Below, piece by piece: positions 8,641 through 17,944 of a stretch of DNA of 64,000 bases; position 1 is the stretch's first letter, and each line of letters starts with the position of its first letter. The DNA comes from Clostridium sp. CAG:288 (GTDB lineage Bacteria > Bacillota_I > Bacilli_A > RFN20 > CAG-288), in NCBI GenBank assembly GCA_000437395.1, contig FR898192.1, positions 54,029 to 118,028 on the forward strand, in the 5' to 3' direction. Both the position numbers and the translations under genes were made by a program. The notes under the pieces are model-generated. The model worked only from the letters and a program-made list of their open reading frames with translations. It ran no database searches and was not told the DNA's origin.

Positions 8641-9294
8641 TTATTGATCTATTGCGCCCATTAAAATTAAGCATTTAATTTTATTTGGTTTACCTTTCAT
8701 CAATTCGTTGTAACAAGCTTTTATTGTTGCACCAGTAGTAATAACATCATCGATTAAAAGTACTTTTTTGTCCTTTATTCTTTCAATGTTTATTGATGTT
8801 ATATTTGATCCTATTTTTGATCTTTGTAACGCGTTTTTTCCTTTTTGAGTCGCACTATCTTTTTTTCTTAATATATCGTATATTGGCATATTTAATGATT
8901 TGCACATTTCATACATATGGGAGAACTCTCTTTTTTTGATTGATGAAAGTGATGAAGGTGCAATCACAATAGCATAATTAAAGAAGTTTAATTTAATATA
9001 AGTTTTAAATAAATAAAAGAAAACAGGTGCAAGAGCAATATCAAATTGTTCTTTATACTGTAAAAGCCATTCTTTTAGTGGTGATTCATAATTGCATAGA
9101 TAAGTTATATCTATTTCATTTATTCTAATACTTTTATAAACTGGTTTAATTCTTTCTAAACATTTATCGCATAGTACTGGTTCATTAAATATATAATTAT
9201 ATGAAGTCGGAGATATTTTTTCAGCACACGCCAGACAATAATGCTCTATGGTTGATATCTTTAATTGTTTTGATAGATTTTTTAATGTTTTCAT
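8641..9294 (-). CDS. comFC: ComF operon protein C (phosphoribosyltransferase-fold competence protein)
   Basis: N-terminal Cys pairs (CLACAEK...CDKC) and a PRTase motif VLLIDDVITTGAT. It lies directly downstream of, and overlaps, comFA. Confidence 0.8.
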   Translation of the reverse strand: MKTLKNLSKQLKISTIEHYCLACAEKISPTSYNYIFNEPVLCDKCLERIKPVYKSIRINEIDITYLCNYESPLKEWLLQYKEQFDIALAPVFFYLFKTYIKLNFFNYAIVIAPSSLSSIKKREFSHMYEMCKSLNMPIYDILRKKDSATQKGKNALQRSKIGSNITSINIERIKDKKVLLIDDVITTGATIKACYNELMKGKPNKIKCLILMGAIDQ

Positions 9295-10375
9295 TATAAC
9301 TTTTACCTAAAAATATTACTTTTCCAGTTCTAGCGTTAAATTTTCTTCCAACACGTCCTGAAATTTGAATTAAACTTTCTGGTGTAAACGTCATATTATC
9401 TGCATCTATTACTATAACTTGTAAATCTTTTACCGTTACACCTCGTTCTAATATTGTGGTCGTAATCAAACATTTTAATTGTCCTTTTTTAAATTTTTCG
9501 ATAGTTATATCTCTATCTTTTTTGTATGAGTATACTAAACTTATGTCTTTAATGAAGTGCTTTGCAAGTTGATATAGTTTTTGTCCTTCGTTTATAGTTG
9601 GAACAAAGACAAAAAGAGGCTTGTTAGAATTTAAAATTTTTAAAATAACTTTTAAGCATGTAAAGTATTTACTTAGGCCATAATAAACAAATTCAGGAAC
9701 TGGTAAAAATGCACCGTGATATCTTTTATTAAGTTCTAAAATTGTTCCACCACGATTCTTAATTTCACATATATCTTTTTCAGAAGGTGTTGCGGATAGT
9801 AAGACTTTTACTCCTGTACAAGTAAGTGATTTTTCAACAAATTGATGTAGCATTTCGTTGTTTGCAAAAGGGAAAGCATCTATTTCATCAATTATTAATA
9901 AATCAAAATAATTTTTGTATCTGAACAATTGATGAGTTGTTAATACAATAATATCAGCCTCTAGTTTGTAGCTATGATTGCCATAAACTGATATGACAGA
10001 CGCATTTGGAAAAGCACTTGAAATTCTAGGCTTTAAATCTATAACAACATCCTTTCTTGGTGTGGCAAAACCGACAGTTTTTCCTTCATTTAAAGCTTTT
10101 TCCATAGCTTTATAAACAAGTTCAGTTTTTCCAGCACCAGTTACAGCATTTATTAATACATCTTTTTTTAATATAAAGTTTTGCATTACTAAATTTGATA
10201 TATTTTCTTGCTTATCAGATAGATGGTAATCTAGTTTTAATTTGATGTTTGAATTTATTGGTATTTTATTTGCTTGTCTCCCATTGAAGCTAATACATTT
10301 TCTGCAATATATTTTTCCACCTTTTTTGGAAAAGAAACGCTCGTCGTTGTTTCCACAAACTGGACAAATAGACAT
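9221..10375 (-). CDS. comFA: ComF operon protein A, DEAD/DEAH-box helicase
   Basis: N-terminal zinc-finger Cys pairs (CPVCGN...CRKC), Walker A AVTGAGKTE, a DEID box (LLIIDEIDAF), SAT, and helicase C-terminal motifs (ISGRVGR). Confidence 0.85.
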   Translation of the reverse strand: MSICPVCGNNDERFFSKKGGKIYCRKCISFNGRQANKIPINSNIKLKLDYHLSDKQENISNLVMQNFILKKDVLINAVTGAGKTELVYKAMEKALNEGKTVGFATPRKDVVIDLKPRISSAFPNASVISVYGNHSYKLEADIIVLTTHQLFRYKNYFDLLIIDEIDAFPFANNEMLHQFVEKSLTCTGVKVLLSATPSEKDICEIKNRGGTILELNKRYHGAFLPVPEFVYYGLSKYFTCLKVILKILNSNKPLFVFVPTINEGQKLYQLAKHFIKDISLVYSYKKDRDITIEKFKKGQLKCLITTTILERGVTVKDLQVIVIDADNMTFTPESLIQISGRVGRKFNARTGKVIFLGKSYNENIKKSIKTIKDINHRALLSGVC

Positions 10376-10458
10376 ATAAATTTTCTCCTTACTATATATA
10401 TGGGTTTTTAGTATAAATTTTCGAATTTGTATGAAAATAAAAATGGAGGATATATAAA

Positions 10459-10671
10459 ATGAAAATGAACTTAGGGTTAAAAGATATGGTTAAGATTAAT
10501 CAGTTGTTTGAAACAGCTTTAGAGGTAGATGTGCCATTAATAATTAGCAATAAGGAAAAAGCTCACATATATATGATGAGTGAAGCGACATACAATAAAC
10601 TTATTGGTAAAAAAGAAACAATTAGAGACAAAGAAATAAAAAAACAAGCTGGGAAAGACAAACATAAGTAA
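10459..10671 (+). CDS. small hypothetical protein (weak Phd/YefM-antitoxin-like N-terminus)
   Basis: 70 aa, with GGAGGA 8 nt upstream. PLIISNKEKAHIYMMSEATYNKL loosely resembles the antitoxin pattern (PVIITRRGKPVAVLLSxEEYESL). No toxin gene follows. Confidence 0.5.
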   Translation: MKMNLGLKDMVKINQLFETALEVDVPLIISNKEKAHIYMMSEATYNKLIGKKETIRDKEIKKQAGKDKHK

Positions 10672-10714
10672 ACATATAACAAGTTAAATCATATATTTAA
10701 TAAAGGTGATATAT

Positions 10715-11227
10715 GTGTACCGTGAGGTTTGTTGTAAAACATTAATTGGTAAAGGAAAACTTGATAAGCATAAAGAAATTTCAATTGAAGTAGGAACAAA
10801 CGCTAGTAAAACATTAGGTTGTTGGATTATAAATCATCAATGCAACGCTTATTATCACAATAAAGATATAAGGATAAAAGGAAGTTACGATGTCGAGCTT
10901 TGGATGGCTGTTGATGATGATAAAAAAAGTGAAGTATATAGGACAACAATTGATTTTGATGAGCAAGTAAATTCAGCATTTAAAGACTTAATTACTTTAG
11001 ATGATAAATTATATTTAAAGACAATAATTACACATTATCCTTCTTGTGTAGGAATGACATTATTAGACACTGGATTAGTAAAAGTTGAAATTGAAAGCCA
11101 ATATGTTGTCGATGCTTTTGCAGAAGCAATTTTAGTTGTAATGTGTTCAGATAAAAATGAACCTGATTTAACAACAGAAGAAGAAATAGTAATGAATGTA
11201 AATCCAAACTATTTAATAAATAAGTGA
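10715..11227 (+). CDS. cotE: spore coat morphogenetic protein CotE
   Basis: YREV...GKGK, LGCWIINH and C-terminal NPNYL match B. subtilis CotE landmarks (YREI, LGGWIINH, INPEFL), and the length is similar. The start is probably GTG 10715, downstream of AAAGGTGA. The ORF track begins at GTG 10706. Confidence 0.75.
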   Translation: MYREVCCKTLIGKGKLDKHKEISIEVGTNASKTLGCWIINHQCNAYYHNKDIRIKGSYDVELWMAVDDDKKSEVYRTTIDFDEQVNSAFKDLITLDDKLYLKTIITHYPSCVGMTLLDTGLVKVEIESQYVVDAFAEAILVVMCSDKNEPDLTTEEEIVMNVNPNYLINK

Positions 11228-11299
11228 TGTAGAAATATTGAATAAATTTCTTTTAACCTTTATAATGCAAAATGTATATTAGTTGAAAGGAAAATTAAA

Positions 11300-12811
11300 A
11301 TGAAAAGAAATTATAAAGAGACAGTTTTTTATGAAATTTACCCTAATTCATTCAAAGATTCTAATGGCGATGGTTATGGTGATTTACAAGGTATAATTTC
11401 AAAATTAGATTATATTGCAAGTTTAGGATTTAGTGGAATTTGGTTAAATCCAATTTACGATTCACCATTCTTTGATGGTGGATATGATATTAGGGATTTC
11501 TTTAAAGTTTCAGAAAGATTCGGTACTGAAGAAGACTTAAAGCAATTAATTGAAGAATGTCATAAAAGAGACATAAGATTGTTTTTAGACTTGGTTCCAG
11601 GACACGCTTCTTTTGAAAATAAAGAATTTTTGGAATCAGCTAAACCTGAAAGAAATGAATACTCAGATTTGTTTATTTGGAACGATAACGTATGGGCAAA
11701 TGAGCCAGGATATCGTTTGATTTCAGGATTATTTCAAAGATTTGGATGCTATATGGTTAACTTCTTCTCTCATCAACCTGCAATTAACTATGGCTTTAAT
11801 AAGGTTGAATATCCTTGGCAACATAAGGTTGGTTCACCTGAAGCAAATAAAGGTAAAGAATTTATTGAATCAGTAATGGATTATTGGTTAAACCTTGGCG
11901 TTGATGGATTTAGAGTTGATATGGCTGACTCATTAGTAAAAAACGATGGAAATGATAAGGTTGAAACAATCAAATTATGGAAATCAATCAGAGCTGATTT
12001 GGCTACAAAACATCCAAACTTCGAAATGGTATCTGAATGGGCTAATCCTGCTCAATCATTAGAAGCTGGATTTGATTCCGACTTTGTTTTAGATCACAGA
12101 GGCACATGTTCACATTTATTATTTAGATTAGATGAATATGATTCTGAAGCACATACACCACTTTTAATGAAGTACGATGAAGAAGTTTATAATAAATTTA
12201 AGACAGATTTATTAAAAAGATTAAGTGAAGCAAAGAAGTTAAATAAGAGTCTTTCATTTATATCTGGAAACCATGATACACTTAGAATTGCAAACTATTT
12301 AGACGATTTAGCTTTAAGACAAGCATACGTATTCTTATTAACTATGCCAGGTGTTCCATTTATTTATGCTGGTGATGAAATTGGTACACATTCAAAACCA
12401 ATCCCATCTGTAGAAGGTGGTTTCCAAAGAACTGGAACAAGAATGCCAATGAGATTTGATAGCACTAAAAATGCTGGTTTTTCGACTGCAAATAAGACTT
12501 TCTTACCAACAAATGAAGATGATTCAACTGTTGAAGAAATGGAAAAAGATCCTACTTCGTTATTACATTTCATTCAAAAATTAATTGAAATTAGAAATAA
12601 AGAAAGTGTTTTAACATCAGATGAATTCGAACTTTTAGACGGTAATGTCCTATCTTATAGAAGAGGAAACATTACTGTATATATAAACATAACTAACGAT
12701 ATTCAAACAATTCAAAGCGAAGAAAAAGAAATTCTCATTGCTTCAGGCTCTTTCAAGCAAGATGGTGGAAAAATTGCTTTATCACCAAAATCATCAATTG
12801 TTATTAAATAA
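11300..12811 (+). CDS. glycoside hydrolase family 13 (alpha-amylase family) enzyme
   Basis: GH13 conserved regions are present: GIWLNPIY, DLVPGH, GFRVDMADSL, EW, GNHD. Substrate specificity cannot be assigned. Confidence 0.8.
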   Translation: MKRNYKETVFYEIYPNSFKDSNGDGYGDLQGIISKLDYIASLGFSGIWLNPIYDSPFFDGGYDIRDFFKVSERFGTEEDLKQLIEECHKRDIRLFLDLVPGHASFENKEFLESAKPERNEYSDLFIWNDNVWANEPGYRLISGLFQRFGCYMVNFFSHQPAINYGFNKVEYPWQHKVGSPEANKGKEFIESVMDYWLNLGVDGFRVDMADSLVKNDGNDKVETIKLWKSIRADLATKHPNFEMVSEWANPAQSLEAGFDSDFVLDHRGTCSHLLFRLDEYDSEAHTPLLMKYDEEVYNKFKTDLLKRLSEAKKLNKSLSFISGNHDTLRIANYLDDLALRQAYVFLLTMPGVPFIYAGDEIGTHSKPIPSVEGGFQRTGTRMPMRFDSTKNAGFSTANKTFLPTNEDDSTVEEMEKDPTSLLHFIQKLIEIRNKESVLTSDEFELLDGNVLSYRRGNITVYINITNDIQTIQSEEKEILIASGSFKQDGGKIALSPKSSIVIK

Positions 12812-12823
12812 TAAGTAAATAAA

Positions 12824-12870
12824 AGGAAGTTAATTTGATGAAGCATCATCAAAAGTAACTTCCTTTTCTC
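12824..12870 (+). terminator. intrinsic terminator after the GH13 gene
   Basis: AGGAAGTTA-N23-TAACTTCCT followed by TTTCTCTTT. Confidence 0.6.
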
Positions 12871-12909
12871 TTTAAAATTAGAATTTATTAGTATATAATC
12901 TCTAATGCT

Positions 12910-12984
12910 TGGGGTATAGACAAGCGGTAAGTCAGCAGACTCTGAATCTGTCACGCATTGGTTCGAATCCAATTACCCCAGCCA
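12910..12984 (+). tRNA. tRNA-Gln (anticodon CUG)
   Basis: TGGGGTATAGACAAGCGGTAAGTCAGCAGACTCTGAATCTGTCACGCATTGGTTCGAATCCAATTACCCCAGCCA. Anticodon loop is CTCTGAA. TATAAT lies about 15 nt upstream. Confidence 0.88.
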
Positions 12985-12999
12985 TTATATTGATTGTTT

Positions 13000-13031
13000 G
13001 TTTGATACATTTGCTTGTATCAAACTTTTTT
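13000..13031 (+). terminator. intrinsic terminator after tRNA-Gln(CUG)
   Basis: GTTTGATACA-TTTGCT-TGTATCAAAC followed by T6. Confidence 0.8.
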
Positions 13032-13036
13032 AATAA

Positions 13037-13420
13037 TTAGTCTAACTTATATGTCTTTACATAGAACGTGAAGTAAACGATATGGGTAACCCACACTATA
13101 GCTAAAATAATACATAGAATATATATTCCTTTTATAAGCATAAGCGTTAGTCCAATGGCCATTAATAGAGTTACAGTTATAATTACTTTTACTTTTGATT
13201 TAAAAGACATTCCTTGTCCTTTAACATAACTTTCTAAATTGTTCTTATATAATTTAGTATTAATAAACCAATTATTTAACTTATCTGAACTTTTAGCAAA
13301 AGACACAGCTGCTAAAAGCAAAAATAGAACAGTTGGTAAAATAGGCAAAACAGCACCTAATGCTCCAAGCCCTAATCCTATAAATCCTAGTATAAGCCAC
13401 AATATTTTCTTAATTTTCAC
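13037..13420 (-). CDS. YbaN-family (DUF454) small membrane protein
   Basis: 127 aa. LGALGAVLPILPTVLFLLLAAVSFAKSS...W is typical of DUF454. Confidence 0.7.
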   Translation of the reverse strand: MKIKKILWLILGFIGLGLGALGAVLPILPTVLFLLLAAVSFAKSSDKLNNWFINTKLYKNNLESYVKGQGMSFKSKVKVIITVTLLMAIGLTLMLIKGIYILCIILAIVWVTHIVYFTFYVKTYKLD

Positions 13421-13492
13421 TTTTTTTAATCTTTCTTTTTTCTCTTTTGCTTGTAATAACGTGATTTAATGCCATTATTGGGTGATAGAATA

Positions 13493-13702
13493 TCATTCTT
13501 GACCTGAAAAGCGCATAACTTCTCTAATTTTTTCTCGCATTATTGGAGTATAGCAGTGAACTTTACAGTTTGAACAAAATGTTTTATTCTCCATAAATGG
13601 ACATCTTTCAATTCGCGTTAAAGCATAATTAGTTAGTTCTTGGCATACAGAACATAATTCTTTTTTATGTTTGTGCTTCTTTTTACAATATAACGATATC
13701 AT
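13493..13702 (-). CDS. nitrous oxide-stimulated promoter family (YgbA-like) Cys-rich protein
   Basis: CSVCQEL..Y...R...CPF...K..CSNCKVHCY.P.MREKIREVMRFSG matches the YgbA_NO family pattern. Confidence 0.7.
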   Translation of the reverse strand: MISLYCKKKHKHKKELCSVCQELTNYALTRIERCPFMENKTFCSNCKVHCYTPIMREKIREVMRFSGQE

Positions 13703-13835
13703 TAAAGAAACTACTTTTTTTCTTTGTCTCTTTTAGCTTCTTATTTTTAATAATGTATGCATTATTAAAAATAAAATGTCAATTAATATAAATGTGCAAT
13801 ATAAAAGGTGGTAAACAAACTTACCACCTAAATTA

Positions 13836-14582
13836 TTAATCTTCAGTATTAATATTTTTTAAAATTTTTATTTTGTAATCGTCAATTAAATTTGTAACCA
13901 AATTAGTTAAGTCTTCAACTGATTCAATATCTGATAAGTTTATAGCTAGAGTTGAAGGAGTAAGATCCTCATTGTTTTCTTTAGCTGAATCATAAACACT
14001 AAGCATGCTGTTAACAAAATCTATTTTTTTGTTGATTCCAAGTTTAACTAACTTATCATTAGAAACAAAGGTAATATTGTTATCTAGGCTAACGCCTAAA
14101 ACTAGATTTGGATGATAATCATCGACTATTCTTGAAATGGCTGTAATTACTAACTTTAATATTCTAACTTTGCTTTCGTTTTCTTCAAAAGGAGAATAAG
14201 TGTATATGGTTTCAGGTTTATAAGCTTTTATTAAATTAACATAGTCATCAATTATTTCTTCATCTTCGTCACTATTTTTGTGGTTTAAGATATATGTTGA
14301 ATTATATGATCCAATATTAGCAGCTTTTTGTTGCTCTGTTAATCTAATTGAAATCATATCTTCAGGATTATAAAGACTATATAATCCACCATTTTTTATA
14401 TTTGAAGGTGCCATTGTAATAACACCGACAAAAGATTTATTAGGATTATATAAAGAATCTATAATTCCATCAGCACCTAATCTTTCAATATCAGTTATTT
14501 GTTCGGCAATACAAAGAGAAATTAGTGCACCAGTTTTTGCACTTGTAGGGACATATTTTATTGTATTTTCGTTAAGTGACAT
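13836..14582 (-). CDS. hypothetical protein
   Basis: 248 aa ORF with GGAGGAAATATG at the start. I recognised no motif with confidence. Confidence 0.65.
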   Translation of the reverse strand: MSLNENTIKYVPTSAKTGALISLCIAEQITDIERLGADGIIDSLYNPNKSFVGVITMAPSNIKNGGLYSLYNPEDMISIRLTEQQKAANIGSYNSTYILNHKNSDEDEEIIDDYVNLIKAYKPETIYTYSPFEENESKVRILKLVITAISRIVDDYHPNLVLGVSLDNNITFVSNDKLVKLGINKKIDFVNSMLSVYDSAKENNEDLTPSTLAINLSDIESVEDLTNLVTNLIDDYKIKILKNINTED

Positions 14583-14621
14583 ATTTCCTCCTATGTTCTT
14601 TAATAATTATAGCATATATAT

Positions 14622-15098
14622 TTATTTATGATACGATTCACCAGAGTGAATTTTGAAAGCTCTATAGACAGCTTCTGTGGCTATTAACATTGCTTCTGGA
14701 TGGGTAAAAGTAAAGCTTGACATTTTAACTCTTAAAGCTGCTTTTTCACGTACTTTATCAGATAGCCCATTAGAGCTGCCGATAACAAAATACATGTGGC
14801 TTTTAGTTATTTGTGATTCAAATAATATATTAGAAAATTGAACTGAATCGTATTCTTTGCCTTTGGTATCAAATAATATTAAGCTAGAATTTGACTCGAT
14901 TTTTGAAAGAATTTTTTCTGCTTCTTCATCTAAACCTCTATCAATTTCGACTTTTGATGTTGAAGTTGATAAACGTGATTTGTCTAAATTTATAAACTCT
15001 ACTTGAGAATATTTTGATATTCTTTTAATGTACATTTTTATGCCTTCTTCATAAAAATGTTCTTTGATTTTGCCAACTAAGATAAATGTTAATTTCAT
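14622..15098 (-). CDS. rlmH: 23S rRNA (pseudouridine1915-N3)-methyltransferase RlmH
   Basis: 158 aa SPOUT-type protein. The C-terminus (THPEAMLIATEAVYRAFKIHSGESYHK) is typical of RlmH. It overlaps yycJ by 4 nt. Confidence 0.85.
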   Translation of the reverse strand: MKLTFILVGKIKEHFYEEGIKMYIKRISKYSQVEFINLDKSRLSTSTSKVEIDRGLDEEAEKILSKIESNSSLILFDTKGKEYDSVQFSNILFESQITKSHMYFVIGSSNGLSDKVREKAALRVKMSSFTFTHPEAMLIATEAVYRAFKIHSGESYHK

Positions 15099-15862
15099 AC
15101 TAACTCTTTATTCCAGTTTCCGCCTTTATAGACGTTTGTTTCATCGGCACAGCGCACTAGAATATTAGGTATTTCGCATAGTTGAGTCATCATAACTTTA
15201 TTGTAAGTTTCTAATGCGATTTGTGGCGTGTTGCATTCTTCGGATAAGTGAGCAAGAACAATTTCTTTTGTCTTATCACCTACTAATCCTGATAAGTAAT
15301 AACTTGCTTCTAGATTGCTTAAGTGACCGTGGTCGCTTAGAATTCGCTTTATTAACTCTTGTGGTCTTCCAGACTCACAGAGCATTTTTGGATCGTGATT
15401 TGATTCAAAAATATAATAATCAGCATTTTTGGATAGATCTAACGCTTTTTCAGAAACGTAACCAGTATCGGTAATATATACGAGTTTTTCGTTTTTATCT
15501 TCTATAATATATCCTGTTGTATTTATTGCGTCGTGGGATAAAGGAATAGGTGTGACAAAAAAGTCACCAAATTTATACTTAGTGAAAGGACATAATATTT
15601 GACTTTCAGGAATATTCTTTCCCAAGACAAAAAGTTGAGAAAACTGCATAGATTCATCAAAGTTTTTTAATCCAGCAGTGTGATCAGAATGCGAATGAGT
15701 AACTAGTACAATATTTATATCTGTAATTCCCAATCCACAAATAGCTAATCTTTCATTTAATCTTTTTTTACTAATGCCACAATCTATTAAAATATTGGTT
15801 TTACCGCTTGAAACAATAGTTGAATTACCTTTAGAACCACTAGCTAAAACTGCGTACTTCAT
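15095..15862 (-). CDS. yycJ: MBL-fold metallo-hydrolase YycJ/WalJ
   Basis: HSHSDH motif, 255 aa. Its position downstream of dnaB and upstream of rlmH matches other Firmicutes. Confidence 0.8.
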   Translation of the reverse strand: MKYAVLASGSKGNSTIVSSGKTNILIDCGISKKRLNERLAICGLGITDINIVLVTHSHSDHTAGLKNFDESMQFSQLFVLGKNIPESQILCPFTKYKFGDFFVTPIPLSHDAINTTGYIIEDKNEKLVYITDTGYVSEKALDLSKNADYYIFESNHDPKMLCESGRPQELIKRILSDHGHLSNLEASYYLSGLVGDKTKEIVLAHLSEECNTPQIALETYNKVMMTQLCEIPNILVRCADETNVYKGGNWNKELV

Positions 15863-17352
15863 CCTTGGTAATCATCCCCATCATAAATGGATTCAAAACG
15901 GCAAAATTGTTTCATAAACATGAATTTAAAAGTTGCAAGTTCTCCACTTCTATTTTTTGCTAATATGAGTTCTACCATTGAGTTACCAGAGCTAGGTGCG
16001 GATTGGCCATTAGGCTCTTCACCTTCAATAGGTGGCTCAGGTGGAATATCTGATTGGTTATTACCTTGAGCTTTATCATCTTTGTTATTGTTATAATAGT
16101 CTTCACGATAAATGAAGAATACTTGGTCGGCATCTTGTTCGATAGCACCAGAATCTCTTAAGTCAGAAAGTGCTGGCCTATGGTTAGTTCTTTGTTCGAC
16201 GTTACGTGATAATTGGCAAAGACATAAGATAGGAACTTCTAATTCTTTAGCTAATTGTTTTAAACTTCTAGAATATTCAGCAATTTCTTGTTGTCTATCG
16301 CCTTTATAATTTTTACCAGAGGAATTGATTAAACCGATATAGTCAATAACAATCAATCCCAAATCTGGATGAGAATTTTTTAATTTTCTTGCTTTGGCTT
16401 GTATATCCATCAATTTGTTGCCACCATAATCATCGATGAAAATAGGATCGTTGGCTAAGATATCTAAGGCGCTATTGAGTGAAGCAATCTTAGTTTGTTC
16501 TTCACGTTCAGTAGGGAAGTTTGTGTCAAAATATGTAGTGCCATGTTTTAAAGGTAACTGAAGAATATCACCTGTAGATAAATGAGCTTTTTCTGAAGCA
16601 AGTCTTAACATGATTTGTTCAGAACTCATTTCTAAAGAGAAAATTCCAACAGGAACACCACAATGTGCAGCTTTAGCTGCAAAGTTTAAAGCTAATGCAG
16701 TTTTACCGACAGATGGACGAGCAGCAAGAATGATTAAACTACCTTTTTGGAAACCGCCAATTTTTCTATCCATATCTTCATATCCAGTAGGTGTACCAGT
16801 AAGATAAGATGGTCGTTTACCAATGTTTCTTTCACGCTCAGCACGTTCGTTATCTAATCTTTCAACTAAGACATTAATAATATCTTTTGAAGCTAAAAAT
16901 TCTGATACGCGTCTTTGCTTTGTAATTTCCAAAATAGATTTTTCAGCTGCACCGATAAATTCAGATAAATCTTCTATTTCTTTAGTTTCATATTCGTTCT
17001 CTAGATTTTTTAGCAAGCCAAAAAAGCGTCTTGCTAAACTTTTGTCTTTAACTATATTTATATATTCTTGGACATCACTAGTTAATGGAATTTGATATGT
17101 ACAGTCGACTAAATATTGTTGTCCACCTATGTATTTAAGTTTTTTTAATAATTGTAACTGTTCAGCGACAGAAACTAAATTTACTTCTAAGCCTTTTTGA
17201 AGAAGAATGATAATAGCATCGAATATAATTTGGTTTCTTTCATCTTCAAAATCGTTTGAATTAAGTTGACCGGTAACTTTATACAAAGCGCTAGAATCAA
17301 TCATCATGCCGCCAATAACAGCCATTTCAGCTATTTGTTGGGATTGTTCCAT
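15859..17352 (-). CDS. dnaB: replicative DNA helicase DnaB (DnaC in B. subtilis nomenclature)
   Basis: N-terminal DnaB domain, Walker A ARPSVGKTALALN, SLEMS, Walker B VIDYIGLI, CQLSR and DLRDSGAIEQDAD. It lies directly downstream of rplI. Confidence 0.92.
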   Translation of the reverse strand: MEQSQQIAEMAVIGGMMIDSSALYKVTGQLNSNDFEDERNQIIFDAIIILLQKGLEVNLVSVAEQLQLLKKLKYIGGQQYLVDCTYQIPLTSDVQEYINIVKDKSLARRFFGLLKNLENEYETKEIEDLSEFIGAAEKSILEITKQRRVSEFLASKDIINVLVERLDNERAERERNIGKRPSYLTGTPTGYEDMDRKIGGFQKGSLIILAARPSVGKTALALNFAAKAAHCGVPVGIFSLEMSSEQIMLRLASEKAHLSTGDILQLPLKHGTTYFDTNFPTEREEQTKIASLNSALDILANDPIFIDDYGGNKLMDIQAKARKLKNSHPDLGLIVIDYIGLINSSGKNYKGDRQQEIAEYSRSLKQLAKELEVPILCLCQLSRNVEQRTNHRPALSDLRDSGAIEQDADQVFFIYREDYYNNNKDDKAQGNNQSDIPPEPPIEGEEPNGQSAPSSGNSMVELILAKNRSGELATFKFMFMKQFCRFESIYDGDDYQG

Positions 17353-17358
17353 AATATA

Positions 17359-17811
17359 TTACTTTGCCTTTTCAGAAACATGTACTTTTACTACGCCGAC
17401 AACGCCTTTAAATAGTTCGATTTTTAAAGATGTTGTTCCATAGGCGTTGCATGGATAGCGATCGATAAACTTTCTTTTATCAATTACAATATCGTATTTA
17501 GACTTTAATTCTTCTTCAATTTGTTTTGGCGATATTTGGCCAATCATAAGGCCGTTTTTACCGCTGGTAGCTTGGAATTCAAGAGTGATGCCTTCAAGCT
17601 TTTTAGCAACTTCTTGTGCTGCAGCTTTCTTTTGTGCAATTAAGGCTGCTTCTTCAGCTTTTTCTTTTTTATAATCACCAAGAGAATTTTCAGTTAATTT
17701 TCTTCCATAACCTTGAGGAATGACAAAGTTGCTGGCATAGCCATCACTTATTTCTACAATCTCTCCTCTTTTACCAACCTTTTTAAGGTCTTTGATCATA
17801 ATTACTTTCAT
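17359..17811 (-). CDS. rplI: 50S ribosomal protein L9
   Basis: MKVI..KD....GK.GE......GYA.NF..P.G matches the L9 N-terminus. 150 aa. Confidence 0.92.
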   Translation of the reverse strand: MKVIMIKDLKKVGKRGEIVEISDGYASNFVIPQGYGRKLTENSLGDYKKEKAEEAALIAQKKAAAQEVAKKLEGITLEFQATSGKNGLMIGQISPKQIEEELKSKYDIVIDKRKFIDRYPCNAYGTTSLKIELFKGVVGVVKVHVSEKAK

Positions 17812-17944
17812 TTATTTACCTCCTGTTGTTTTTAGTGCAAATATCTTAATCGCTTTAGCTTATATTAAACTAAAACGTTATTTTTATCATCTAATATTAT
17901 AAGTGTATTTGAGCAATAATTGTTAGCTAAATATATATAATTTA

